DNA from: a bacterium
GTDB taxonomy: Bacteria; Babelota; Babeliae; Babelales; GCA-2401785
DNA: 64,000 bases
NCBI GenBank assembly: GCA_023249975.1
Contig: JAHFBP010000001.1
Span: 69,870-133,869, forward strand
Direction: 5' to 3'
Shown: positions 11,041 through 20,300 of the stretch, in pieces
Layout: each line of letters begins with the position of its first letter
Numbering within the stretch: position 1 is the stretch's first letter
Notes under the pieces: model-generated
The model's database searches: none
Seen by the model: only the letters and a program-made list of their open reading frames with translations
What the model was told of the DNA's origin: nothing
Program-made: the position numbers and the translations under genes

Positions 11041-11808
11041 TCATCTGCGACCAAGCAAGCTGCGAATTGCTCCCAGTGCAACAATTGTTGCGTCAATGGC
11101 CCGTAAAATGGATGGCGTTAAACAATACCCTTCAAATCCCGCAAGACGCAGATCCTCTTGCTCAGAAGAGGTAAGGCCACCCTCGGGTCCAATAAGGCAA
11201 CTGAGGCTAAGTGATTCATTGTGATACAATGGATCTGAAACAAGCGAACTTAATGGCTGTTGATCAGCTTCAAAGAATATACGTCGTTCATTTTCCACAC
11301 GTTCAAGACTCATAAGATCTCGCAAGTGCATGGGTTCGGCAAGATGCGGAATGGCATATTGCTTTGACTGCTCACAAGCTGCAACCATCATGGCCTCAAA
11401 TCGTGGCGCTATAGCCTCGATCCATTCTTGCTGAGTACGAGCAGTAATAAGAGGGACAATTGTCTGTACGCCCATTTGAGCGGCTGTATAGATGACATTT
11501 TCAAAAGCATTCTTTTTCAAAATAGCCGCATACAAGGTAATGCGTGGAGTGAGTGGCTGAACGCGACGGACGGATTCAATAATCCCAACAACCATATTTT
11601 TTTGAGTAAAGGTTGTGGCCGAAAGCTTAAGTTGAACAATGTGGTTACCATCAAACAAAATAATAACTTGTCCCTGATCGAGACGAAGAACTTTGGTAAT
11701 GCGCTGCCAACAAGGCATATCATATAATACTAACTCTTGGCCTTGAGATTTTTGACTCAGCGATTCATGAAGCGTTGATGTATGCAATGCAAATATGTGC
11801 GAACTCAC
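11041..11808 (-). CDS. rsmE: 16S rRNA (uracil1498-N3)-methyltransferase RsmE
   Basis: C-terminal SPOUT motifs (LIGPEGGLTSSEQEDL, LTPSILRAIDA). The ORF-track ATG (11892) would overlap the upstream gene. A GTG at 11806-11808 with a GAGGA site upstream is the more likely start. Confidence 0.75.
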   Translation of the reverse strand: MSSHIFALHTSTLHESLSQKSQGQELVLYDMPCWQRITKVLRLDQGQVIILFDGNHIVQLKLSATTFTQKNMVVGIIESVRRVQPLTPRITLYAAILKKNAFENVIYTAAQMGVQTIVPLITARTQQEWIEAIAPRFEAMMVAACEQSKQYAIPHLAEPMHLRDLMSLERVENERRIFFEADQQPLSSLVSDPLYHNESLSLSCLIGPEGGLTSSEQEDLRLAGFEGYCLTPSILRAIDATIVALGAIRSLLGRR

Positions 11809-11813
11809 GGTGA

Positions 11814-12479
11814 TTATTTCCTCAATATTGATTTTATGGTGCGATAAATTCCATAACATACAATCACGGTGACTGTAGCTCCTGCTGCGCAAAATACTTT
11901 ATTTTTATGTTTTTCTAACTTTTCAATAGCATCTGGATGTTCAATAATCATTCTTGCTGCAATCAGTTCAACCCAACCCGGATCAAGCTGTTGCTTTGGT
12001 TGCTCAACGGGCACGGCAAGTACAGCCGGCTTAGCAACAGGCTGCGCCAACGCGGCAGCAAGCTTTTTCTTGTGATCAATAATTTGAGCGACTCGCTCCG
12101 ATGGCGTAAATTCTGGATATAATTGCAATGCTTTTTGATTTTCTTCTTCCGCGCGCTGAAATTGCTTGAGCTGTGCGCTCAGCAACGCGCAATCATGATA
12201 ATGCTCGGGAGTTTCTTCCTCAATGGAAATCAGCTGTGTGTAAGCTTGAGAAAAATCTTTACACAAACAAAGTTGGCATATCAAACGTTTTTTGGTTTCA
12301 ACATCCAGCTGGCTTTGCATATCACGGATTTGAATTAATTCTGAAACATCATATTGCTGGCAATCAATACTCAAAAAATCCTGTGGTAATCTCAATCGAG
12401 CAGCATGTGCCGAGACCATTGATACCATCAAACTTATAATTACTAAAATACTTCGATACTTAAACAATACGGTTTTCAT
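11814..12479 (-). CDS. Hypothetical secreted protein (221 aa) with N-terminal signal peptide and C-terminal hydrophobic helix
   Basis: MKTVLFKYRSILVIISLMVSMVSAHA signal-like N-terminus. Coiled-coil/TPR-like middle. C-terminal FCAAGATVTVIVCYGIY TM segment. Confidence 0.55.
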   Translation of the reverse strand: MKTVLFKYRSILVIISLMVSMVSAHAARLRLPQDFLSIDCQQYDVSELIQIRDMQSQLDVETKKRLICQLCLCKDFSQAYTQLISIEEETPEHYHDCALLSAQLKQFQRAEEENQKALQLYPEFTPSERVAQIIDHKKKLAAALAQPVAKPAVLAVPVEQPKQQLDPGWVELIAARMIIEHPDAIEKLEKHKNKVFCAAGATVTVIVCYGIYRTIKSILRK

Positions 12480-12604
12480 GCATTATTACACTATCAAAAA
12501 TATGATCTATGTCAGACCCTAAAGCATAAATTAATGTAGTCGAAGTGCTGCTGAGTGTCAAAAAAGTCCATATAATAGCCACTTTTGCCTGTTCTTCGTC
12601 ATTT

Positions 12605-15600
12605 TTACGATGCATTCTTAAGCAAAGTAGCAAGGTGAGCCAAATCATCGGCGCTCATGCCACTGGTATCGCCTGAAGCTTCGGCAGCATTAGGATCAAC
12701 GGCAACAGCATTAGGATCAGCAACTGGGGCAGCTGCAACTGAAGTCGGCTCTTTCCATCCTTCTTTGAGTGCCTGTTGATATGGTGGAGCCACAAAAATA
12801 TTACGGTAATTAATAGGGGTATTCCAACTACTCAGACCCACATATTGCATACGACCAGGCGGATAAGGATCAGTCCATTCAAGAACCTTGTTAGTTCCCA
12901 AATCACCCTTACCCAAAGCAATCGTGCCATTATCCAAACTAATCCAATACTTTTGATATTCAATGGGCGTAATCATCGCATCAGGATGCTCTTCAGAAGT
13001 AAACTGCGCAACCGGGAAATCAAGACTTTGGACCCTTATGGCTGTTTTAGTATTGTCCCAACCACCAATAACTATCTCATAAATTTCATTTGATGAATTT
13101 CTTGTTTTGAATGGCGTTTGCCCAAAGCAAATGAAAATATCATTAATTGCTTTAGCTTCAAAAACGATTGACCCTTTTCCTGTTTCTTTAAGCTTATCGG
13201 TCAACCACACATATTCAGCATAATAAGGTCGCAATTCAACGCCAGCTCGTGCATTGTCTGCCAGCAAGGCGCGCGCCAATCCATTAATCCAGCTATACCA
13301 AACATCCTTGAGTTTTGCTTCATCAGGTTTATTCATATCAATCAAATATGCATTGTTTTGTGCTGAAATCAGCAAGTTTAAAAGGTCATTGTAAGGAGCA
13401 CGGGCTCCAGGCTGAGTTGGATCTGGATATAATTCTTTTTGAGCTTCATTTAAGCTCGCCAATGCATCGAATAGACTTTTTTTGACATATGGATTTTGAA
13501 CAACATATGGATGATTAATAAGATAAACAATCTGTTGATATAAGCTTACCAAACGCTCAAACTTGTCAGGAGTTGACGGTTTCCACTTGCTACCAAGCTC
13601 AATATTTGCATCAACTTTTGCTTTATTTTCAACAGCTTCTGGAGGGATGCTCGCTTCACCCAAATGCGCACCCATATATTTATCGGTATACACATAAGCC
13701 TGTGCATCACGGAAATTTTGCAATTTAGCCGACTGTGCAGCTGCACCAGCTCCCAGAGCCGCTCCTGCAGCACTAAACCCAAGACTTCCTATTGTTGCTA
13801 TCAAACCACCAATCTGAGTCTGTCCGCTCACTGACTGCCCAGAAGCATCCAAGGATTCTGATGTTGCTTTCATAATGTCTGCTGACTTTTGAAGTTCTAT
13901 TTTGCTTGGATTTTCAGGCTCAGTAACCCAATCCAACTGAGGAAACCCATCTGATTTAACTGTGATCATAAAATAATATTTTGCACGCTGTTGTGGCGTT
14001 GCCCCAGGATAATACGTTTTATTATTAACAATATCTTTAAATTTAACGGATGAACCCTCTTGTTCAATGTGATATTCATACGGCAAAATGATATACACTG
14101 CGCCTTTATACGCAAATTGAGCAAGTTCACGTTTATATGACTCAGAAACTGTGGCAATTTCAGGGCGAACAGGTGAGGCAACTTTAATATTCTTAAAGGA
14201 TGCTGACGTTCCACCAGTACCGCCAAACCCTATATATTTTAAAGTACTGATTGGCGAAATATCTTGAAGAAGAGTAAATGCACCTTCTCCCAACTTTCCC
14301 TCACCAATAATCAATTCACCAAAATAAAAGCTTGCCCAATAACTGCGCACACCACTGGGGTCAAGTGCAGCTTTTGGATATGATTTTGCCTTTAAAAATG
14401 CCATGTCCTTGTATCCGCCGCTGACATCTGAAGACATACGCTGAATTCTGAGGCCTTCATTTTCGCCATCCCCAAAAATAATAAGGTAACGATCACTCTT
14501 GCCATCTTTTTCAGCTGCTATAGCAAAAACCGCCTGCTTATTTCCTTTAACATCAAATGAAACTGCTCCGCGCCCTGGAACACGAAACGGCTTGTCATAC
14601 CAGGTCAAATTATCCAAAGATCCTGATGTATTCACTTCGGTCGTTCCTGCATCAAAAACTCGTTTTGCCGCCGTCATAACGACGGGCTTGCGCATTTGAA
14701 CTTCTGCATAAGTAACCGGTGTTTTATCGGTAGAAAAACCAACACGCCTGACCTGAGCTGGCGGGTTAGGATCACGCCACGACATAATGGTTCCTACGCC
14801 TGGCTGACTTCCCGCTCCAACTAAAATAAGTCCGTCATTAATACTCACCCAATAAGGAATAAAAACTCCTGGCGTAGTTGAAGCGGCTGGAGTCTCGTCA
14901 CGTGTAATTTCAAAAACAACTTCATCAACAGGAAGACCTTCCTCAAATCGTCTTTTAATAATTTGAGACTTGGTATTGTCATATGCACCTAGTCGAACTT
15001 TCCACACAAAGTCTATACCAACATCAAAACCAAAAACGACCTGAATGTCGCCCCTATCTTCCGCCTTTGCTCGAAATAAAATGGTAACCTTGCCAGGAGT
15101 ATCAAGAGATGTCCCCAACCAGGCAGCACCCTTGCTCAACAATGAATTAACGGTCAACATAAAACTTGAATCGAAGTTATCAATCTGATCTTTGGCAAAA
15201 CCCGACAATCGTGGTTTTTTTGCAGCACTCAACGTATCTGCAAAGTCTTGCGTTGCCTTGGGCGCAATTCCTCCACCCATCCCGAGTTTTACAATTTCGA
15301 TATTAACAAGCTCATTTGCCCCATCCTCCGCAGGTGAACCATAAGGCGCTCCTGTCCAGGCAACATCATCTTCGGGCATTGCCGATTCTATGGCATCAAA
15401 GACCCACCATAATCGACTTTTTTGATCGGATGTGAGAGCTTGCGCCACAGGTTCGGCAGGCGCAGTGGTCGCTGCTGTTTTTTGAGCAGCTTCTGCCTGA
15501 GCCGTGGCCTTTGCCTGTATAGCTTCAATCTGTACCGTTGTTGCATCTTTTTGCACAACTGCCTGAGCGCGAACAAGAGCCTCAGCCCCCATAACCTCAC

Positions 15601-16405
15601 TACTTGCTGAATATAATTCACACTTTGCGTCTACACTCACAAAAGTAACATTGCGCCCCCAAATCCACTGTCCACCACCTTCAACCAGTACTTGAAAGTT
15701 GTCTCCTCCATCACCAAGGCCATCTTTTCCATTTAAAGCTACGGCCAAGTTGGATGGTATTGAAGACGCGCGCCTTTGTTTGTCCATGTGGAGATTGCCA
15801 TTGTGTGCAGGATCTGCGCATTGCAAACGAATAATATCGCCATGCATAACAGGAGTCCCTGGGATGCAGTTCCATGGATCATCTTTGCGATGCGGGCCTT
15901 TGACTACCCAATACTCAGGAAGCTCTGCTGCAGCTGCTACCCCAGAAGAAGACTGAAGATTATATTCATAATGATCCCTTCTTACCTTTTCTTTGGTTGT
16001 TCTCATTTCTTGAATACCACTAGAATTATGAATGGATGTGAAATAGTGCTTATAGGTAACATCCTCTTCGGCTTCCTTAGATACAAGCTTTTTAGTAACT
16101 TTCAAATCAACGGCAGAAACTGTGCCCGCTGGGGCACGCAAGCCTTTACTCGATCCAAGGTTACAAATCTTGAGATAGTCGCCATAATTTATCGGTTTTT
16201 TGCGACTCAACAAACCATTCTTAAGAACTGATAGTTGTTCATCTGCAGGAACATCTTTTGCTTCATAATTCAACACCTTTCCCACGTCCTTATTCCCTGC
16301 GATGTCTTTACCTTCTGGGGTGAGTGCGGAGCCTGAAAAAATATTCAAAAAAAGAATGTATCCCCACATTTTACTCTGGTTTTTATTAATCATCATTTTT
16401 GTCAT
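12605..16405 (-). CDS. Giant secreted protein (1266 aa) with three FAMeT-like (Methyltransf_FA-like) beta-sandwich repeats. Paralog of the 17312-21835 protein.
   Basis: N-terminal signal peptide. Three modules match the motif pattern ...IGGWDNTKTAIR...YWISLDNGTIALGKG...VLEWTDPYPP...YVGLSSW. Pro/Ala-rich C-terminal tail. Extensive collinear similarity to the 1507-aa neighbour. Confidence 0.85.
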   Translation of the reverse strand: MTKMMINKNQSKMWGYILFLNIFSGSALTPEGKDIAGNKDVGKVLNYEAKDVPADEQLSVLKNGLLSRKKPINYGDYLKICNLGSSKGLRAPAGTVSAVDLKVTKKLVSKEAEEDVTYKHYFTSIHNSSGIQEMRTTKEKVRRDHYEYNLQSSSGVAAAAELPEYWVVKGPHRKDDPWNCIPGTPVMHGDIIRLQCADPAHNGNLHMDKQRRASSIPSNLAVALNGKDGLGDGGDNFQVLVEGGGQWIWGRNVTFVSVDAKCELYSASSEVMGAEALVRAQAVVQKDATTVQIEAIQAKATAQAEAAQKTAATTAPAEPVAQALTSDQKSRLWWVFDAIESAMPEDDVAWTGAPYGSPAEDGANELVNIEIVKLGMGGGIAPKATQDFADTLSAAKKPRLSGFAKDQIDNFDSSFMLTVNSLLSKGAAWLGTSLDTPGKVTILFRAKAEDRGDIQVVFGFDVGIDFVWKVRLGAYDNTKSQIIKRRFEEGLPVDEVVFEITRDETPAASTTPGVFIPYWVSINDGLILVGAGSQPGVGTIMSWRDPNPPAQVRRVGFSTDKTPVTYAEVQMRKPVVMTAAKRVFDAGTTEVNTSGSLDNLTWYDKPFRVPGRGAVSFDVKGNKQAVFAIAAEKDGKSDRYLIIFGDGENEGLRIQRMSSDVSGGYKDMAFLKAKSYPKAALDPSGVRSYWASFYFGELIIGEGKLGEGAFTLLQDISPISTLKYIGFGGTGGTSASFKNIKVASPVRPEIATVSESYKRELAQFAYKGAVYIILPYEYHIEQEGSSVKFKDIVNNKTYYPGATPQQRAKYYFMITVKSDGFPQLDWVTEPENPSKIELQKSADIMKATSESLDASGQSVSGQTQIGGLIATIGSLGFSAAGAALGAGAAAQSAKLQNFRDAQAYVYTDKYMGAHLGEASIPPEAVENKAKVDANIELGSKWKPSTPDKFERLVSLYQQIVYLINHPYVVQNPYVKKSLFDALASLNEAQKELYPDPTQPGARAPYNDLLNLLISAQNNAYLIDMNKPDEAKLKDVWYSWINGLARALLADNARAGVELRPYYAEYVWLTDKLKETGKGSIVFEAKAINDIFICFGQTPFKTRNSSNEIYEIVIGGWDNTKTAIRVQSLDFPVAQFTSEEHPDAMITPIEYQKYWISLDNGTIALGKGDLGTNKVLEWTDPYPPGRMQYVGLSSWNTPINYRNIFVAPPYQQALKEGWKEPTSVAAAPVADPNAVAVDPNAAEASGDTSGMSADDLAHLATLLKNAS

Positions 16406-16419
16406 CCTACATTCTCATC

Positions 16420-17190
16420 TTATTTTTTTGCATTTGAGTTCACAATAGGTACCCCGGGCACCACAACTTGTGGCGTAGTGGATGTTTTTGCCGCAATAAG
16501 AGGTACGCCTAGGCCAGCTGCATCTGTTTTTCTTGTAAACACCTGCCCACTTGCCGGTAAACAAGTCTCGGAGCCTCGTGGACTTAAAAATCCTGAAACG
16601 CGACTCTTGAGGTGGCAATTTACAATGCCATCACCTGTTATCTGCCAATGTCCCTGACTGTAGTCCTCATCTGTAATGGTCGGAAGCCTGAAAAGAATAG
16701 CGCGCGAATCATCCGTTGCGGCATATTTTCCATTGGCAACATTAGAATACACTCCAAGATAATCCGTCAAATCACGTGAAATATATCGTGAAACAACAAA
16801 ATGAGTAGCTTCGTCATCTGGATCGGTTGTATCGGCAACAATTCTGTACCCACCCATAACCTTACGAACCGCATAGTATCGCCCTGCCGTCCCATATTTT
16901 GGACGCAGTGATTTTATGCGAATAATAGTCCCCTCGGGCAATAAATCATGTACTGTTTTTTCCAAAGAAAATGATATGGGATATTCTGATTCATTCCGAA
17001 CTCGTTGCAAAAAACCCCAGCCATGTTCAGATATACTAGGAGCCGCACCAAGAGGATTGGCCGAACCTGTGGCCTTTTCAACCTCATGGCCTGCTGCCTT
17101 TTGTTCTGCTGTCTCAGCCTGCAGTGAATAATGAACGGTCCCGAATATTACACAACAACCGACTACGATTGTTAGTATCTTTCTTTTCAT
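16420..17190 (-). CDS. Secreted protein (approx. 257 aa) sharing an N-terminal domain with the 1507-aa giant protein
   Basis: Start MKRKILTIVVGCCVIFG (ATG 17188-17190). HGWGFLQRVRNESEYPISFS parallels NHGWGIIERIENNSDFPIVVSFS in the neighbouring giant protein. Confidence 0.7.
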   Translation of the reverse strand: MKRKILTIVVGCCVIFGTVHYSLQAETAEQKAAGHEVEKATGSANPLGAAPSISEHGWGFLQRVRNESEYPISFSLEKTVHDLLPEGTIIRIKSLRPKYGTAGRYYAVRKVMGGYRIVADTTDPDDEATHFVVSRYISRDLTDYLGVYSNVANGKYAATDDSRAILFRLPTITDEDYSQGHWQITGDGIVNCHLKSRVSGFLSPRGSETCLPASGQVFTRKTDAAGLGVPLIAAKTSTTPQVVVPGVPIVNSNAKK

Positions 17191-17311
17191 ATACATACCA
17201 TTCCTATAATCGTTTTTTGTGCCACCCAAATACACCCCCATTGTTTGTAACCCCATCCAGGGGGGCTAATGCAAGAGTTTTATCTATGGAGCAATCTATT
17301 TTGGATCACTG

Positions 17312-20300
17312 TCACTTTGGCATACCGTCTGATCCTTGCTCAGTAGCAGCAGCACCAGTAGCAGCTGGTGGTGGTGCTGGTGCTGTGGTTGGAGCTTGAG
17401 CTGACACACCTGTAGGAACAGCCGCTGGTGTTGGAGACTGTACGGTACTTGATTTCTTGATCACAGCAGGATCTTTTTTCTTGATAGCATCTGTCGCAAT
17501 TTTCTTAAGAGCCGCAGATACTGCTCCTGATTTGATTGCTTCCCGAGCTTTTGCAGTCGCTACTTTTTCTTGTTCATAAGCATCTTTAGACTCTTTTTTT
17601 GCATCTTTAAAAGCAGTCTTGAGAGCTGACTTCAGGCCGCCTTTTTCTTTAAAGAAAGCAATCTCCCCCTTAAGCATATGCTTATCTTGTTTTGCCAAAA
17701 AGGCTGCTCCTTGTGCATTCATAATACTTTGTCCTGCAGCACCCCCCTTAACCCGCTGTGCCGCACGAACAATTGGAGTAAAGCCAGTTTCAGCAACCTG
17801 TCGGGCAGCTTTTCGCTCAGCCAAAACTGGCGGTGGCCCAAAGGTATAGTCCCATCCCTCCAGTGTGAGTGGGTCATACGACAGTTCATCATATGCAAGC
17901 TCATCAAAATCTGTTTTTTTGGTGCTAAGAATATCTATTTTTTCAGCCTTTGAGTCCTGAGCAAGCTTGTCCGACTTGGTAATGTCCTCAAATGACAGTG
18001 CTAGAGTAGCTGCTTTTTCCTTTTCAAGAGCCGTCGCCGCGGTTTCTATCGCGCTCGGACCTTTTTGTTTTACTTCAACTAAATATGACAAATCAGTTTC
18101 ATTGGTAACGGGAGGTCCCACCTTGATGTTCGCAAATGTTACGGGAATTGCCCACGTACTAAAGCCTAAATATTGAGTTTTTATAGGGTACGGATCAACC
18201 CACTCCAAAACCTTACCCGTTCCCCATGGTCCATGACCAAGCTTGACCACCCCATCGTTAACGCTTACCCAAAATTTTTCAAGTACATTCGGTGTAAGCG
18301 CAGCATTAATATTATCATCGCTCGAAACCGTTGCGACGGAATGACCAAGGCTATAAGTTCTGATAAAGGTCTTTTGATTTGCCATTCCCCCAAATACGCA
18401 CTCGTAAAAGTCAACGTCCGTATTGCGCACATCCTGAGGTTGTGGAATAAGCCCCACAAAAATATCACTCAATCCACTCGCTTCAAAATACACAGATCCA
18501 CGTCCAGGTTGAGGCAGTTGAATATTTGAAAGCCAAATATATTCACCAAACAATGGCCGAACCGTCAAATCTTTACCTTTTTCAAATAACTCTTGGATCA
18601 ATTGCTGTATCCAGCCAGTCCAGAGGGTTTTTCGCTTGAGATCCATTTCATCACGACGATCCAATAGGTACGCATTTTCACGCGCTTCTACCAAAAGGGC
18701 CACTATCTGCTTTTTAAACATTTCTGGAGCAGCCCAGCGCGTTTCGGGTATTCCATACTGATCATATTTAAGGGGGGTATTTGCTGCATTTCGAGCTTCC
18801 ATATTTTTAACATGCTGGATACCTTGATCATAAACCTGCTTGATCATTCCAAAAAGTTTATTTTTCAGAGCCACTTTGTCTTGTGCTTGCCCAAGAATTA
18901 CCGGATGCGTAATAAGCATAATCGCTTGCTGAAGGATTGAAATATAATATTCGTAGTCACGCGCAATCCCCGGATTGAATTGTTCGAGCTTGTGCATTTT
19001 GTCATCAAACAAAGTCTTGTTGTCTTGAGCCTCCTGAGGAATAACGCCAGCCTTGCCACGCACAGATGTCTGTATTTTTTCCGTAAACACATAATTGTCA
19101 TGTGGTCGGTAACCAAAAGTATTGTTTGCCTCAAGAGTTGCAACTCCCACACTTCCCGCCACAAATGCCGAAGCTGATGCTATAGACGCTGCTGCATTAA
19201 CCGCAGAAAGTGCCATTCCAACAGGATCCCCATCCTGATACGGAACATTTCCTATTTCAGCAGCAGCACTGAGGGTCGTTCCAATAATGGTTCTTGCACC
19301 AAAAACAGCTAAGTTTTTCAAGAACACTTGTGCATTTTTCGGTTGACGCGACCAATCTCCAATCTCAGGAGTTCCATCTGGCTTGATAATCAAACGAAAG
19401 AAGTACGAGGCTGCTTGCTGTGGAGTTTTTCCTGGATACCATGTCTCTTGAGCTATTGCATCATAACACTCAATTTGCTGACCTTTTTGATCAAAATGAT
19501 ATGAAAAAGGAAATGCAACATTGATGACCCCTGCAAAATTATCACGCTGTTTAAATCCAGCAGCTACTTGCATACCCAATTGAACAGGCGACCCAATGCT
19601 CACATTTTGGATTTCACCCGTACTGGCATCGTTCAAGAAAAAACCTATTTTTTTCATTGAAGCCAACTGATCAATCCGGAGTATCGCCATTATCTTCTCA
19701 CCAGGCTCGCCATGCCCAATCACCATATAATCATAAAAAAGGCTCACCCAAAACTTTTTCCACTGATCTGGATCAAGCGCTTCCTGAATAAAAGCTACTG
19801 GAGTGGCTAGTACAGTTTCTTCGTACTCACCCTTTTCATTCATTTTCCATAGCGAAATGCCATCAAGATTATTGGCCCCGAAGGAAACTTGTATAACGGA
19901 TGCCTTATCCGCAGAAATCACGCCCTGAGAATCATCGCTTTTCAAGTTCAATACAACTTGCCCCTGACCTCGTGCCTCAAAGGTGACGCACCCTCGGCCA
20001 TCTTCACGCAAAGGCTTGTCGAGCCACAGCGGAGCATCCATTCCAACAGAAAGAACTCCCGGCTTTTCTATTGCTGTATAAACTTTGGATTGTTTTGTTG
20101 CTTTGATTGGGGGGCCAAGTTGAACTTCAACTATTTCAACATTTGTCTTAAAGTTTGAAAATCCAATGCGATCAACTTCGGCTGGTGGTGCAGGGTCTGC
20201 CCATGCAATAATAATATTTTCTCCAGGAATAGCCCCTGCGCCTGCAACAATCAATCCATTGTCAACACTTACCCAATAAGGCATATGCATGCCTGGCGGT

